A stretch of 64,000 nt of DNA from Candidatus Kapaibacterium sp. (GTDB lineage: Bacteria > Bacteroidota > Ignavibacteria > Kapaibacteriales > UBA2268), in contig OY761611.1 of assembly GCA_963664875.1 (NCBI GenBank), positions 128,001 through 192,000 on the forward strand, read 5' to 3'. Shown one piece after another: positions 9,557-20,493 of this stretch (positions are counted from its first letter, which is position 1; the number at the start of each line of letters is the position of its first letter). The notes below the pieces were generated by a model. That model searched no databases, was not told the DNA's origin, and saw only the letters and a program-made list of their open reading frames with translations. The translations under genes and the position numbers were made by a program.

Positions 9557-11915
9557 TTTTTGGCTATTGATTCTACTGTTCTTTTGTAGTTCAGTAATTC
9601 TAAATGCACAGTTCGGAGGGGGAGCTAACAGCCCGACGAGACAAACATTTACTATTGCAGGTGTGTCTGTTGAAGGCAATGAATTTGCAGATCCTGCTAC
9701 AATTATTACTCTTTCCGGATTGAGGGTGGGAAGTAAAATCAATCCTTATGCTGACAATACTATCCAAAAAGCTATTAAGCAGCTTTGGGAAAGAAAACAG
9801 TTTTCTGAGGTTGAGATAAGTGTTGACAAATTAGCACCAATTGGTATTTTCCTGAAAATAACCGTCAAAGAATTTCCCAGACTAAATGATATTGTCATAA
9901 ACGGTAACGATGAAATAGATACCAAAGACATAGAAGACGCTACCGAAAAAGTGCGTGGCGATATCATGTCCGGCTACGAAGTTTACAAAACAAAAAAAGC
10001 AGTAAAAGCTCTTTACAACGAAGAAGGTCTGACCTTTGCAAAGGTTGAAGCCGAGTTGGAATCTACTTCGAGAGAAGCTTATGCCGATTTGGTTTTAAAT
10101 ATTGAAGAAGGCGTGCAGTTCTACTGTAATTCTATAGTTTTTGATGGTAATGTGGCTTTTGATGATTCTGATTTAGCATCTGAATTTGATGATACCAAAA
10201 CTACTTCCTGGTATGAATTTTGGGCTTCCTCCAAATTTGACAAAAACAAATACGAAGAAGATAAAGAACTTTTATTGAATTTCTACAAGTCAAAAGGCTA
10301 TGTGGATGCAGAAATAATCAGCGACACTTTAATATACGACGAAGAAAATGAAAGTGTGGCAGTTAATATCAAAATCAATGAAGGACGCCAAATCTTTATA
10401 CGTAATATTGTGTTTGACGGCAATACTGTCTATAACGACGAAGAACTCTACCGCAGGTTAGATTTTAAAACCGGTGATACTTACGATAAAGAAAAGTTCA
10501 AAATGAATCTTACCGGCAACGAAGAGCAGAGCGATTGTGCTTCTCTTTATCTTGATAACGGCTACCTTACTGCAAGATTAGAACCATTAGAGAGACGTGT
10601 CGAAGGAGATAGTGTAGATATCACAATCAATATCTTTGAAAATGACAGATTTAGAATCAGACATGTCAAAATAATTGGCAATGACAAAACTAAAGATAAA
10701 GTTATAAGACGCGAGCTCTATACAAGACCCGGCGATTACTTCTCAAAAAGTTCGCTTATACGTAGTGTTCGGGCTCTTGGGATGCTTAATTATTTCAATC
10801 CTGAAGCACTGAAACCAGATGTGCAACCTGTAGATAACACAAACGTCGATTTGTCTTATACTCTTGAAGAAAGATCAACCGATACATTTAATGCACAGAT
10901 TGGTTATGCAGGATCTTTTGGTATGACTGGTGCAATCGGTTTTACTTTTAATAACTTTTCTCTCTTGGAGCCTTTCAAAGGCGGTTCAGGTCAGGTTTTC
11001 AATCTTAATTGGGAATTTGGTTACAACAACCGTCTTCAAAACTTCTCGATTGGTTTCACTGAGCCATGGCTGATGAACACTCCAACTACTATCGGTTTTA
11101 ATCTTTTTAGTTCTAAAATCAATTATGGATATAGCTTAAAAAGGACAGGCTTGGGTGTAAACTTAGGTCGTCGTTTCCGCTGGCCTGATGATTATTGGAG
11201 AGGTGACTGGAGCGTAAGAATTCAGCAGAATGACATCACAGAAGGTGGCTCTTATTATTATTTACCGGGACAAAACACAGAGATAGCTTTAGGTCAAACT
11301 ATTTCAAGAATAAGTCTTAACAGTCCGTTTTTTGCAACCAGCGGTTCAAAATTCAGCTGGGGCTTAAACTATGCAATGGGTAATCTTGGCTTAGGCTCTG
11401 TGGATTACCTCAAAAACGAACTTACTTATGAAATGTATAATCCATTGATGCAGGTGCAGGGCAATGACAGATTGATTCTTGCAATGAAAGCTCAATGGGG
11501 ATATTTGACTTACCTGCAAACTGATTCTACAATATCTCCTATTGATTACTACTATATGGGTGGTAACGGTCTTAGCGGTATTGGTGTTACTCCTCTCAGG
11601 GGCTATGACGACAGAGCTATCGGAGGATACAAATGGAACAGAGTAATGTCAAAATACACAGCCGAACTCAGACTTGCCTTGTCAGTCAATCCAATGCCAA
11701 TTTATGTATTTGGTTTTGCAGAGGCAGGTAACGTTTGGACTACCTTGAGCAGCACTGATCCTTTTGATTTGAAACGATCTGCAGGTATCGGTATTCAGAT
11801 GCTTGTGCAGCCAATCGGTATTCTTGGGTTCAGTTACGGTTACGGTTTCGATAAGCCAACCGGCTCAAGTGAGATATCAGGCTGGAGATTCTTATTCCAC
11901 TTAGGACCACAATAA
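9537..11915 (+). CDS. bamA: Outer membrane protein assembly factor BamA
   Basis: POTRA repeats (GNDKTKDKVIRREL), LRGY motif, C-terminal barrel, uppS-skp context. Start at ATG 9537 or TTG 9531 gives a signal peptide. Confidence 0.95.
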   Translation: MYLKNHNFWLLILLFFCSSVILNAQFGGGANSPTRQTFTIAGVSVEGNEFADPATIITLSGLRVGSKINPYADNTIQKAIKQLWERKQFSEVEISVDKLAPIGIFLKITVKEFPRLNDIVINGNDEIDTKDIEDATEKVRGDIMSGYEVYKTKKAVKALYNEEGLTFAKVEAELESTSREAYADLVLNIEEGVQFYCNSIVFDGNVAFDDSDLASEFDDTKTTSWYEFWASSKFDKNKYEEDKELLLNFYKSKGYVDAEIISDTLIYDEENESVAVNIKINEGRQIFIRNIVFDGNTVYNDEELYRRLDFKTGDTYDKEKFKMNLTGNEEQSDCASLYLDNGYLTARLEPLERRVEGDSVDITINIFENDRFRIRHVKIIGNDKTKDKVIRRELYTRPGDYFSKSSLIRSVRALGMLNYFNPEALKPDVQPVDNTNVDLSYTLEERSTDTFNAQIGYAGSFGMTGAIGFTFNNFSLLEPFKGGSGQVFNLNWEFGYNNRLQNFSIGFTEPWLMNTPTTIGFNLFSSKINYGYSLKRTGLGVNLGRRFRWPDDYWRGDWSVRIQQNDITEGGSYYYLPGQNTEIALGQTISRISLNSPFFATSGSKFSWGLNYAMGNLGLGSVDYLKNELTYEMYNPLMQVQGNDRLILAMKAQWGYLTYLQTDSTISPIDYYYMGGNGLSGIGVTPLRGYDDRAIGGYKWNRVMSKYTAELRLALSVNPMPIYVFGFAEAGNVWTTLSSTDPFDLKRSAGIGIQMLVQPIGILGFSYGYGFDKPTGSSEISGWRFLFHLGPQ

Positions 11916-11946
11916 AATAATATTTCTAATACAAATGGGGTTTATC

Positions 11947-12474
11947 ATGAAAAAAATCTTGATGTTAATGTTATTCGTTTTCGGAATGGCATTTTCAACT
12001 ACACAATCTCAGGCACAAGCTGTAAAAGTTGGTGTTGTAGATGTAATCACAATTCTTAAAGAAATGCCGGATGCAAAAGTTGTCGATAAAGAGTTGCAGG
12101 AAATCGGTCTGAAATGGCAGGACACACTGATGACTATGCAAAAAGACCTTGAAGCAAAAATCGAGCAATACAGAAAACAAAAAACTATGATGCCGGCAGA
12201 TCAGCAAGCAAAAACAGAAGCAGAATTGCAGGCTTTGAACCAAAACTTAATGCAGTACAATCAGGAAAAATTTGGTCAACAAGGCGAATTGGCTATCATT
12301 AGAGACCAAAAATTGGAACCAATCAGAGAAAAAGTAAAATCTGCTATCGAAAAAGTTTCTAAAGAAGAAAAACTTAACCTTGTTATCGAAAAAACTTCAA
12401 TGATTCTATATTTTGACGATGCAATGGAAATTACATACAAAGTATTGGATGTAATTAAAAGAGGCGCTAAATAA
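11947..12474 (+). CDS. skp: OmpH/Skp periplasmic chaperone
   Basis: Signal peptide, KVGVVD, coiled coil, EITYKVL. Directly after bamA. Confidence 0.9.
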   Translation: MKKILMLMLFVFGMAFSTTQSQAQAVKVGVVDVITILKEMPDAKVVDKELQEIGLKWQDTLMTMQKDLEAKIEQYRKQKTMMPADQQAKTEAELQALNQNLMQYNQEKFGQQGELAIIRDQKLEPIREKVKSAIEKVSKEEKLNLVIEKTSMILYFDDAMEITYKVLDVIKRGAK

Positions 12475-12487
12475 ACTTTTTTTTGAC

Positions 12488-12516
12488 TAAGTGGTACTAT
12501 TGTTTAGTGCCACTTA
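12488..12516 (+). terminator. Intergenic hairpin between the two skp genes (weak terminator or stability element)
   Basis: TAAGTGGTACTA-ttgtt-TAGTGCCACTTA. Confidence 0.45.
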
Positions 12517-12543
12517 TTATATTTTATATTTTCGGAATCTGAC

Positions 12544-13296
12544 ATGAGAAAATCTATCATCTTTTTGACTCTTTGCCTTTCTTTTTTTCTTACCGGAGAG
12601 CTGTTAGCTCAAAAGGTAGGTTTTATAAATTCTAATACAATACGAACAAAGTTCCCGGAAGCACTTTCTGCTGAGCAAAGAGTTCAGTCTATAGTCGAAG
12701 ATTGGAAAAGAGAGCTTTCAGAAACTCAAACTCAAATCGAAGAATTAGAATTTGAAATGGAAAAAAACAGGCTTATCTGGAGTTCCAGAGAAAAAGCCGC
12801 TAAAGAAAGAAGATTAAAAGAGTTATTGAAAGAAAGAGAAAGCTTTGCTAAAGTCAAATTCGAATCCGGTGGTGAATACGACAAAATAGTGAAAGATATG
12901 ATGCGACCGATAGAAGAGAAAATTTATGCTGCTGTGCAGCAGGTTGCCTCAGACGAAGGTTATGATATTATCCTTGATCAAAGTATTCAGCCTATACCTT
13001 ACGTAAATTTTAAATATGATTTGACTATCAAGGTGCTTAAGGTATTAGGAGTCGATACCGACGAACTCGAAAAAGATTTACAGCAAAAAATTGACAAAGA
13101 CCCAAGAAATCAGAAAAAAGAGAGCAAAAAGCCACGTAGCCGAAAAGCTTCAAGGTCAAGAAATGACCCAACAAAAGCTCAGGAAATACAGGAAGAGATA
13201 GAACAAAAATCAGAAACTGAAAAAAATGCTGCAGAAGAGCCACAAAGCTCAGAAGAAGAAAAAAATGAAAACAAAGAAGAGCAAGAAATAAAGTAG
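12544..13296 (+). CDS. OmpH/Skp family protein with charged C-terminal extension
   Basis: AQKVGFIN, GYDIILD and KYDLTIKVL, followed by a low-complexity K/R then E-rich tail. Confidence 0.88.
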   Translation: MRKSIIFLTLCLSFFLTGELLAQKVGFINSNTIRTKFPEALSAEQRVQSIVEDWKRELSETQTQIEELEFEMEKNRLIWSSREKAAKERRLKELLKERESFAKVKFESGGEYDKIVKDMMRPIEEKIYAAVQQVASDEGYDIILDQSIQPIPYVNFKYDLTIKVLKVLGVDTDELEKDLQQKIDKDPRNQKKESKKPRSRKASRSRNDPTKAQEIQEEIEQKSETEKNAAEEPQSSEEEKNENKEEQEIK

Positions 13297-13304
13297 TTGA
13301 TATC

Positions 13305-14363
13305 ATGATAAATATTAAAACTAAAGAACTTGCAGAAAAAATAAACGGTCGCCTGATTGGTTCGGGTGACCGTTCTATTTTTAATTTGAATAAAATATCA
13401 GATGCAAAAGAAGGCGAGCTTACTTTCCTTAATGATGAAAAGTACCTGCATTTTCTCAGCTCAACAAAAGCGAGCTGCATACTGATAAAAGAGTCTTTCG
13501 AAAAAGAATGTACCAACGATAATGCCGATTATATTATTGTTGATAATCCGCATGCCTCTTTTGTAGGGGTGATGATGGAAATAGCAAAGATGCAAAAACA
13601 AAAACAGCATCATATCAGCCCAGCCGCACATATAGCCGAGACTGCTGTGATTGCTGATAATGTTACAATCGAAGCCGGTGTTGTCATCGGAGATAATGTA
13701 CGAATTGCCCAAGGAACTGTAATAAGAGCTAACAGCACTATTTACGAAAATGTTACTTTAGGCGAACACTGTTGTATTAATGCCAATGTAACTCTTTACA
13801 ATGATACAATAATCGGAAATAATTGCATAATACATTCAGGTACTGTAATTGGTGCTGACGGCTTTGGCTATATTGAACATCCCGATGGGTCTTTTACAAA
13901 AGTGCCGCAACTTGGCAACGTAGTCATCCATGATGATGTTGAAATCGGAGCGAATTGCACAATAGATAGGGCGATGATAGGCTCTACTATTATCAAATCA
14001 GGCGTCAAGCTTGACAATTTGGTTCATATCGCTCATAACTGCGAGATTGGCAAAAACTCTGCCTCTGCAGCTCAAACAGGCGTATCAGGAAGTACTATAG
14101 TTGGCGAAAGAGTTAGATTGGGTGGTCAGGTAGGCCTGGCAGGTCATTTGACTATTGCGGACGATGTGAAGCTGCTGGCACAATCCGGTGTAGCCAAAAC
14201 AATTGATAAAAAAGGAACTTATTTCGGAGCTCCTGCTAAAGATCAAATGAAAGCGTTCAAAATAGAAGCTGTGATAAGACAATTGCCTGAATTGCTTTCA
14301 GATTTGAGAGATTTGCAGAAAAAAGTAAAAAAAATTGAAGAAAATAAGGGGCAAGACCTTTAG
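13305..14363 (+). CDS. lpxD: UDP-3-O-acyl-glucosamine N-acyltransferase
   Basis: Hexapeptide repeats, IGADGFGY, EIGANCTIDR, KLDNLVHIAHN. Confidence 0.96.
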   Translation: MINIKTKELAEKINGRLIGSGDRSIFNLNKISDAKEGELTFLNDEKYLHFLSSTKASCILIKESFEKECTNDNADYIIVDNPHASFVGVMMEIAKMQKQKQHHISPAAHIAETAVIADNVTIEAGVVIGDNVRIAQGTVIRANSTIYENVTLGEHCCINANVTLYNDTIIGNNCIIHSGTVIGADGFGYIEHPDGSFTKVPQLGNVVIHDDVEIGANCTIDRAMIGSTIIKSGVKLDNLVHIAHNCEIGKNSASAAQTGVSGSTIVGERVRLGGQVGLAGHLTIADDVKLLAQSGVAKTIDKKGTYFGAPAKDQMKAFKIEAVIRQLPELLSDLRDLQKKVKKIEENKGQDL

Positions 14364-14393
14364 CTCAATTTTAGAATGATAGTTTTATTTTAG

Positions 14394-14401
14394 TATATTT
14401 G
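14394..14401 (+). promoter_or_regulatory. Bacteroidota-type -7 element TATATTTG
   Basis: Exact TAnnTTTG about 55 nt upstream of ATG 14457. Confidence 0.4.
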
Positions 14402-14456
14402 TAACAAAATACCTTTTCCGGACTCTTTCTATTAAACGTAGAACTTGAGAACAAAT

Positions 14457-17400
14457 ATGCTAAAATATGCTGTAATAATAATTTCATTGCTGATAATGCC
14501 AAGTCTTTTGACTGCGGCGTCATCGGCAATTTTTATTACAGACCTCTCTGAATATCCGATAATACATGCGAATATTTACTTCTTAGATGATGATGGCAAG
14601 CCTATATACGACATTCAGGAGAGCGATATAACCATAAATGAAAACGGTATTCCTTCTGATATTATTGATTTTACCTGCCAATCCGGTTCCGTAGGAAAGG
14701 CTGTCTCATCGATACTAACAGTTGATGTCTCAGGCTCAATGACCCGCGAGAAAACAGATAATGCAAGAAACGCAATAACTCAGTGGATTGATTTGCTTCC
14801 TGATCAAGAACTTGCAGCGATTACAAGCTTTAACAAGCATAATTATTTACTGAGAGATTTTACTTCAGATAAATCCTTACTTAAAAAATCACTCAATTTT
14901 ATTGATGGTAATGGCGGAACAGATTTTGACAATGCTTTTTTCGGAGTCCCTGCCGGAATTTTCAATCTTACTCCAAATTCCAAAGATAGACCAGTCATCA
15001 TTCTTTATACTGATGGTGAGGGGAATGCCGATTATCAAAAAATTGTAACAGAGGCACAAAAAGTAAATGCAAGGATATATGCTTTCGTAACCGGAGATGA
15101 AATTCCATTTTTTCTTTCTGAAATATCAGAAAAGACCGGTGGTAAAGTTTTTGGAACAACTCTTGCAAATAGTGATGTAGAAAATGCTTACAAATACATT
15201 TTTCAGGACTCTCATGATTATAAGCCATGTTCCATCAGCTGGGTTTCTACTTCATGTAATGCTGAAAAAAATATAGAAATAAGAGTTGATTCGAAAGGAA
15301 TAGTACAAAATCTTTTATTTAGTGTAGATAAAAGCTACTTACCTCATTTTGCTTATCCAAATTCAAATACAGTTGACTTCGGTACAGTTCCTATCGGGAA
15401 TATTGCCAATAGGAAGGTTAGATTAGAGGCAGTTTATGATGATTTTACTATCGATACAATAATCAGCTCCAATCCGAGCTTCGGTATTGATCTTGAAGGA
15501 CTATCTTATCCTTTAAGTATTAAGCAGGGGATACCTGTCGATTTATCTATTGAATACCAAAGTGATAATGAAAATTATACTCTTTCTACTTTCGAGATAG
15601 TTTCCGATGCTTGTCAAGGTAATACTTTTTTTGCAATAGCAGGTGGCAAAACCAATCCTGCTGCAGATTCTCTTTTGAAAGTAATTTTTCCAAACGGCGA
15701 TGAGAAGTTAGTTGCAGGCTCAGATACTACTATCATTTGGGAAGGAATCTCCTCGAAAGATACAGTGTCGATAGAATACACTACAAACGGTACCGATTGG
15801 AAACTTGTCTCCCAGTATGCTGATGGTCTATCATATCGATGGCAAGTACCTTATGATATTTCGAGTACTTGTAGAATAAGATTGAAACATACCAATACAT
15901 CTTTGGAATCAGGAGATAATTATATCATTGATGGCCACAACAGACAGGTAAATAAAATTGTCTGGGGACGCAATGATTTTGATACACTATTCAGTGCTTC
16001 GAGAGACGGCACTCTAAAAAAATGGTATTATAAGTACAAAAAAGAGTTTTTGATTCTTACAGGTCAGATAAATGTTTCGGATATAACTCAAAACACCGGG
16101 AATTTAATAGCAAGCATCTCCTCTGATGAAAGAGTGAAAGTTTATAATACAATCACAAGTGAACTTTTGGCAGATTACGGTCAATCTTCAGGTATTAGAA
16201 GTGTTGATTGGTCTAAGGACAGCAGATTTATCAGCGGAGGAAGTAACGACGGTACTATTTTGATTTGGAAGCTCTCTGATAAAGTAAACGCAATTGCTTC
16301 ATCAAAGCTACACTCTGCCTCTGTGATAGATATACAATGGAATCCTTCCTCGAACCTAATAGCAAGTGCCGACGAAGATGGGAATATTATTGTGTCAGAT
16401 ATGAAACTACAATCCGGTAGCTATATCATTTCTCAGATAGCTGTTTTCCCGAAATATCAATATAAAATAAACAGTCTTGAGTGGATTTCTGATACAAAAT
16501 TTGCTGTTGCTGCACAAAATGAAGAAGTAAAAATATGGGATATAAATCAATTGTCGCTTCCTGTATCATATTTAAGAAATGATATTAGCGAAAATATAAT
16601 TGACTTAGATTATAATTCCACTCAAAAAATAATTGCTACTGCAGGCACATTGAACGGTGTTAGAATTTTTGATTTATCGCAACTTAGGTCATCGTATCAG
16701 CCGATATTTCAATATTCCGGGCACTCATCTCAGTTAAGCTCTGTCTCAGTTAGATTTGACGGCACTACCGTTGCTTCTGCAGATAATGAAGGTAAAATAC
16801 ATATTTGGAAAATAGGTGAATCGACTGAAGAATACAAAGCTCTGCAAGACGATGTTTCCGATAAAGACTTCTCTATAGTTGCGGCGACTGTTGTTGCAAA
16901 AGATATAGATTTTGGAAAGACTTTACTTGGATTTCCTTCTGATAGTGTGCTTAGTAAATTTGTAACCAATAATTATACATTTCCTATCAGCATAGATTCT
17001 ATATCAATCGAAGGCTCAGAAAAAGATAGGTTTGAGCTACAAAAAACGTTTAAAAATTATCGATTGTTGCCAAAAGACAGCTTGATACTTGTGATAAAAT
17101 CATTGAATAACCAAGCGGGAGATATTGAAGCAGATATAGTAATTTATTATAATTCGCTCAAATCTACAGCTAAGATTAGAGCCAACGTAATACAAAGCCA
17201 GATAGATATAGATAATCGTTACTTTTTTATTGGGAAGGCAAACCTTGATACGCTGGTAAGCAGAAGAATTACCTGTTTAAAAAATCTATCCGGACAGAAG
17301 ATTTCGATAAAATCATTAGAACTTCAAAAGATTAACGACGACAGATTCGAGTTTAACAATATAACCGGCAATGTTATTTCTCCGGCAGATTCATTAGTTG

Positions 17401-19430
17401 TCGAAGTTAGGTTTACACCGGAGTATGTTGGGAATTTAAGCACCGCTCTTGATATCAGAACTGATTATTTCGATCAGACACTAACTCTGCTTTTATCTGC
17501 AGAAGGAACTGCTCCAAATCTTATAACAGCGGATACCGTCAGATTTTCAAACTTGATATGTGGCAATTTGCAAACAGATTCTATAAAAATCAAAAATGAT
17601 GGCACAGGTGAGCTTATTATAAAAGGGATAAGTTTTTCAGATGATAGCTATTCTTCTGATTTACCTTTATTTTTTTCTATAGCAGCCGGAGATTCTGCAG
17701 AAATCCCTATTGAGTTTGAAGCACAAAGTACAGGTGAATTTACAACTCTAATGAGTATAGAGTCAAATCGTACTGTTCGCGATATAACAAACTCAGAAAT
17801 TACTATCATCGCTGTAAAAGATAGTCTTGGCTTTGCATTTGAGAAAAATGTACTCGAATTTTCCGGTTTGGATGAAAATCAATCCGATACAAAAGAACTC
17901 AAGATTACAAACACAGGAACTGTCCCAATTGAGTGGAAACTGCCTTTAAAAAGTGAAAATTTCGAGATTATTTCAATACTCCCTGCAATTACTCCGCCAG
18001 GCACATTTTCGGTCGCAACTGTAGAATTTAAGGGTGGTGTAAAAGAAAAAAGCCCATACGGTGAGATAATTACTTTAAAAGACGGATGTGAGCTTGAACA
18101 TAACTTAAGTCTGATAGCAGTAATTGGGATAAACGATGCAGAAATTGAAGTTGCTCAAGATATTGTTCTACCTGAGCTGTTTTGCAAAGACTCTACTTCT
18201 TATTCCATTACGCTAAAGAATGTAGGAACAACTCCTCTAACTATTTCGGAGGCGATAGCAATTGCAGATGGTGATGAATTTGAATTTTCAAAAGATTACA
18301 CCGGCAGCATTGTGTTGCCTAATGAAATCCTCGAATTAGAGCTGATATATAAATCTGCCGAAGCAGGAGTTTTTGAAGGGGAAGTATTACTTCGCACAAA
18401 TGCAGTTAATGTAAGTGGAGGAGAAGTAAATATAAATGTGAGTTTTAGTAAAGAAGTTCTCTCTTTAAAAGCAAGCAAAGACCTATTAACTCTTTCAGGC
18501 TTGATGCAGGATCAAATTGGGATAGTTACACTTAAACTTACCAATAATGGTACAAAGGATGTTACTAATTTGAGTTTTTCTGCCATGAACAGATTTGAGA
18601 TATTGAATATGCCGACTGAGTTAGGAGTTGGGGCATCAAAAGATGTGCTTGTAAGGTTTAATGGCGGAAAACTTGGCATAACCTACAATGAAGAATTGTA
18701 TGTTATTGATGATTGTGGCAATGCTTTGAGAATAAAACTAAGTGCTACGGTTGATAAAATGCCTAATGCAAAACTCGAGATAGGTTCTGTTTCTGCCTAT
18801 CCGGGACAAACTGTCAAAGTGCCTGTCAGCTTAGAATTGTTAGACCAGATTGAGCTCTCCGGTACAGAACTTGTATCTTTTACATTATCGTTTAATAAGT
18901 CTCTATTACTACCAACGGGAGATTATGTTTTCTCCATAGATACTACTTTGAAAAAGATAGTAATTGAAAACATTGCTTTGCAGAATTTATTGAGTGGAAT
19001 TGATATTGAATTTGGAGCTTACCTTGGAGATACCAATTTTACTCGGATTTATGTGTCAGATATTGAAGTAAAGGGTGGAGATAATATTTTGGTTTCTTCC
19101 GTAAACGGAGCATTTACGTTGCTCGGAGTTTGCACTGAGGGAGGCAATCGCTTTGTAATTGATACAGGAAAACTGCAACTATTCCAAAATTATCCAAATC
19201 CTGTATTAGAAAATACTACTATCTCCTTTTTTGCAATCGAGCAGGGTATGCACGAGGTTTCAATCTATAATGTCTATGGTGATAAACTTGAAATATTGTT
19301 TTTACAGTTTGTTAGCCCCGGTTATTATGAAGTAGTATTTGATGCAGACAGATATCCATCAGGCTCTTACATCTATGTGTTACAAACACCATCCACTACA
19401 ATAAAACGCAAGTTGCAGATTCTTAGATAG
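14457..19430 (+). CDS. Large secreted VWA + WD40 + Ig-like (choice-of-anchor D/ASH) repeat protein with T9SS type A sorting domain
   Basis: MIDAS DVSGS..GGT..TDG, WD40 repeats (GH..., SASRDG, WK/WD), repeated xKNxGT Ig-like modules, and C-terminal QNYPNP...SGSYIYVL...KRKLQILR. Confidence 0.88.
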   Translation: MLKYAVIIISLLIMPSLLTAASSAIFITDLSEYPIIHANIYFLDDDGKPIYDIQESDITINENGIPSDIIDFTCQSGSVGKAVSSILTVDVSGSMTREKTDNARNAITQWIDLLPDQELAAITSFNKHNYLLRDFTSDKSLLKKSLNFIDGNGGTDFDNAFFGVPAGIFNLTPNSKDRPVIILYTDGEGNADYQKIVTEAQKVNARIYAFVTGDEIPFFLSEISEKTGGKVFGTTLANSDVENAYKYIFQDSHDYKPCSISWVSTSCNAEKNIEIRVDSKGIVQNLLFSVDKSYLPHFAYPNSNTVDFGTVPIGNIANRKVRLEAVYDDFTIDTIISSNPSFGIDLEGLSYPLSIKQGIPVDLSIEYQSDNENYTLSTFEIVSDACQGNTFFAIAGGKTNPAADSLLKVIFPNGDEKLVAGSDTTIIWEGISSKDTVSIEYTTNGTDWKLVSQYADGLSYRWQVPYDISSTCRIRLKHTNTSLESGDNYIIDGHNRQVNKIVWGRNDFDTLFSASRDGTLKKWYYKYKKEFLILTGQINVSDITQNTGNLIASISSDERVKVYNTITSELLADYGQSSGIRSVDWSKDSRFISGGSNDGTILIWKLSDKVNAIASSKLHSASVIDIQWNPSSNLIASADEDGNIIVSDMKLQSGSYIISQIAVFPKYQYKINSLEWISDTKFAVAAQNEEVKIWDINQLSLPVSYLRNDISENIIDLDYNSTQKIIATAGTLNGVRIFDLSQLRSSYQPIFQYSGHSSQLSSVSVRFDGTTVASADNEGKIHIWKIGESTEEYKALQDDVSDKDFSIVAATVVAKDIDFGKTLLGFPSDSVLSKFVTNNYTFPISIDSISIEGSEKDRFELQKTFKNYRLLPKDSLILVIKSLNNQAGDIEADIVIYYNSLKSTAKIRANVIQSQIDIDNRYFFIGKANLDTLVSRRITCLKNLSGQKISIKSLELQKINDDRFEFNNITGNVISPADSLVVEVRFTPEYVGNLSTALDIRTDYFDQTLTLLLSAEGTAPNLITADTVRFSNLICGNLQTDSIKIKNDGTGELIIKGISFSDDSYSSDLPLFFSIAAGDSAEIPIEFEAQSTGEFTTLMSIESNRTVRDITNSEITIIAVKDSLGFAFEKNVLEFSGLDENQSDTKELKITNTGTVPIEWKLPLKSENFEIISILPAITPPGTFSVATVEFKGGVKEKSPYGEIITLKDGCELEHNLSLIAVIGINDAEIEVAQDIVLPELFCKDSTSYSITLKNVGTTPLTISEAIAIADGDEFEFSKDYTGSIVLPNEILELELIYKSAEAGVFEGEVLLRTNAVNVSGGEVNINVSFSKEVLSLKASKDLLTLSGLMQDQIGIVTLKLTNNGTKDVTNLSFSAMNRFEILNMPTELGVGASKDVLVRFNGGKLGITYNEELYVIDDCGNALRIKLSATVDKMPNAKLEIGSVSAYPGQTVKVPVSLELLDQIELSGTELVSFTLSFNKSLLLPTGDYVFSIDTTLKKIVIENIALQNLLSGIDIEFGAYLGDTNFTRIYVSDIEVKGGDNILVSSVNGAFTLLGVCTEGGNRFVIDTGKLQLFQNYPNPVLENTTISFFAIEQGMHEVSIYNVYGDKLEILFLQFVSPGYYEVVFDADRYPSGSYIYVLQTPSTTIKRKLQILR

Positions 19431-19543
19431 CAAGTACTTAGCCTTGTTATAATATCTATTGAAGTTATTATTAAATTGTCCTAATAAGCAATTTCAAAAC
19501 AAAAATGTTGACAATCTAACTGTATTGTTAAGCATATTTTTCG

Positions 19544-19551
19544 TAGTTTTG
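19544..19551 (+). promoter_or_regulatory. Bacteroidota-type -7 element TAGTTTTG upstream of transketolase
   Basis: Exact TAnnTTTG about 35 nt upstream of the ATG. Confidence 0.4.
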
Positions 19552-19585
19552 AAAATAGTTATTAAAATCAACTCCAAAAACTCTT

Positions 19586-20458
19586 ATGGGATTCAGTGTG
19601 GAATTTTCTGATATCATCTTCAAAAATCAAAAAAGAGAGCCTGCCGAATTCGCAGAAATAGCTCTTGAGCTCCGTAGAGATATAATAAAAAGTTTGACAT
19701 TAGCAAAATCAGGACATAGTGGTGGACCTTTGGGCGTCTCAGATATTATGTCCGTTTTATTTTTTGGCGGTGTCATGAATCATAATCCTCAAGCACCTGA
19801 TTGGGCTGAGAGAGACAGATTCGTTTTGAGTGCAGGGCACATGGCTCCTGTTTTATATTCAGCATTAGCCCGTTCCGGTTATTTTCCGGCAGAAGAGCTT
19901 GCTACATTAAGAAAATGGGGAAGTAGGCTTCAGGGTCATCCAGGTTTGGATAAAAAATTACCCGGAGTGGAAACTTCTTCCGGCTCTTTGGGGCAAGGTA
20001 TCTCTATAGCAGTCGGCATGGCAATGAGCGACAAACTTATTGACAAAAATGACAGAAATGTTTTCTGTATCACAGGAGACGGAGAAATTCAGGAAGGTAC
20101 TGTTTGGGAAGCTGCAATGTCAGCAAGTCACCACAAATTAGATAACCTATGCTGGATAGTTGATAATAACGATTGCCAGATAGACGGTAGATGTTCAGAT
20201 GTAATGAATATTTATCCTTTAGATACAAAATTTGCGTCTTTTGGTTTTGACGTCATAAACATAGACGGACACAACTACGAAGAAATAATCGCTGCTTTTG
20301 AAAAATTCAAAGCAAATAAAGGAAGTGGCAGACCTACAGTTGTGATTGCAAAAACGTTCATGGGTAAAGGTGTTTCTTTTATGCACGACCAATACGGTTG
20401 GCACGGAAATCCACCAAAACCTGAGCAAGCCGAACAAGCTCTTTCAGAGTTAGTATAA
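19586..20458 (+). CDS. Transketolase, N-terminal (ThDP-binding) subunit
   Basis: SGHSGG, RDRFVLSAGH, LQGHP, GSLGQG, GDGEIQEG. Confidence 0.95.
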   Translation: MGFSVEFSDIIFKNQKREPAEFAEIALELRRDIIKSLTLAKSGHSGGPLGVSDIMSVLFFGGVMNHNPQAPDWAERDRFVLSAGHMAPVLYSALARSGYFPAEELATLRKWGSRLQGHPGLDKKLPGVETSSGSLGQGISIAVGMAMSDKLIDKNDRNVFCITGDGEIQEGTVWEAAMSASHHKLDNLCWIVDNNDCQIDGRCSDVMNIYPLDTKFASFGFDVINIDGHNYEEIIAAFEKFKANKGSGRPTVVIAKTFMGKGVSFMHDQYGWHGNPPKPEQAEQALSELV

Positions 20459-20493
20459 TTCTATTTTGTAAAATTGATAACGATAAATATAAT

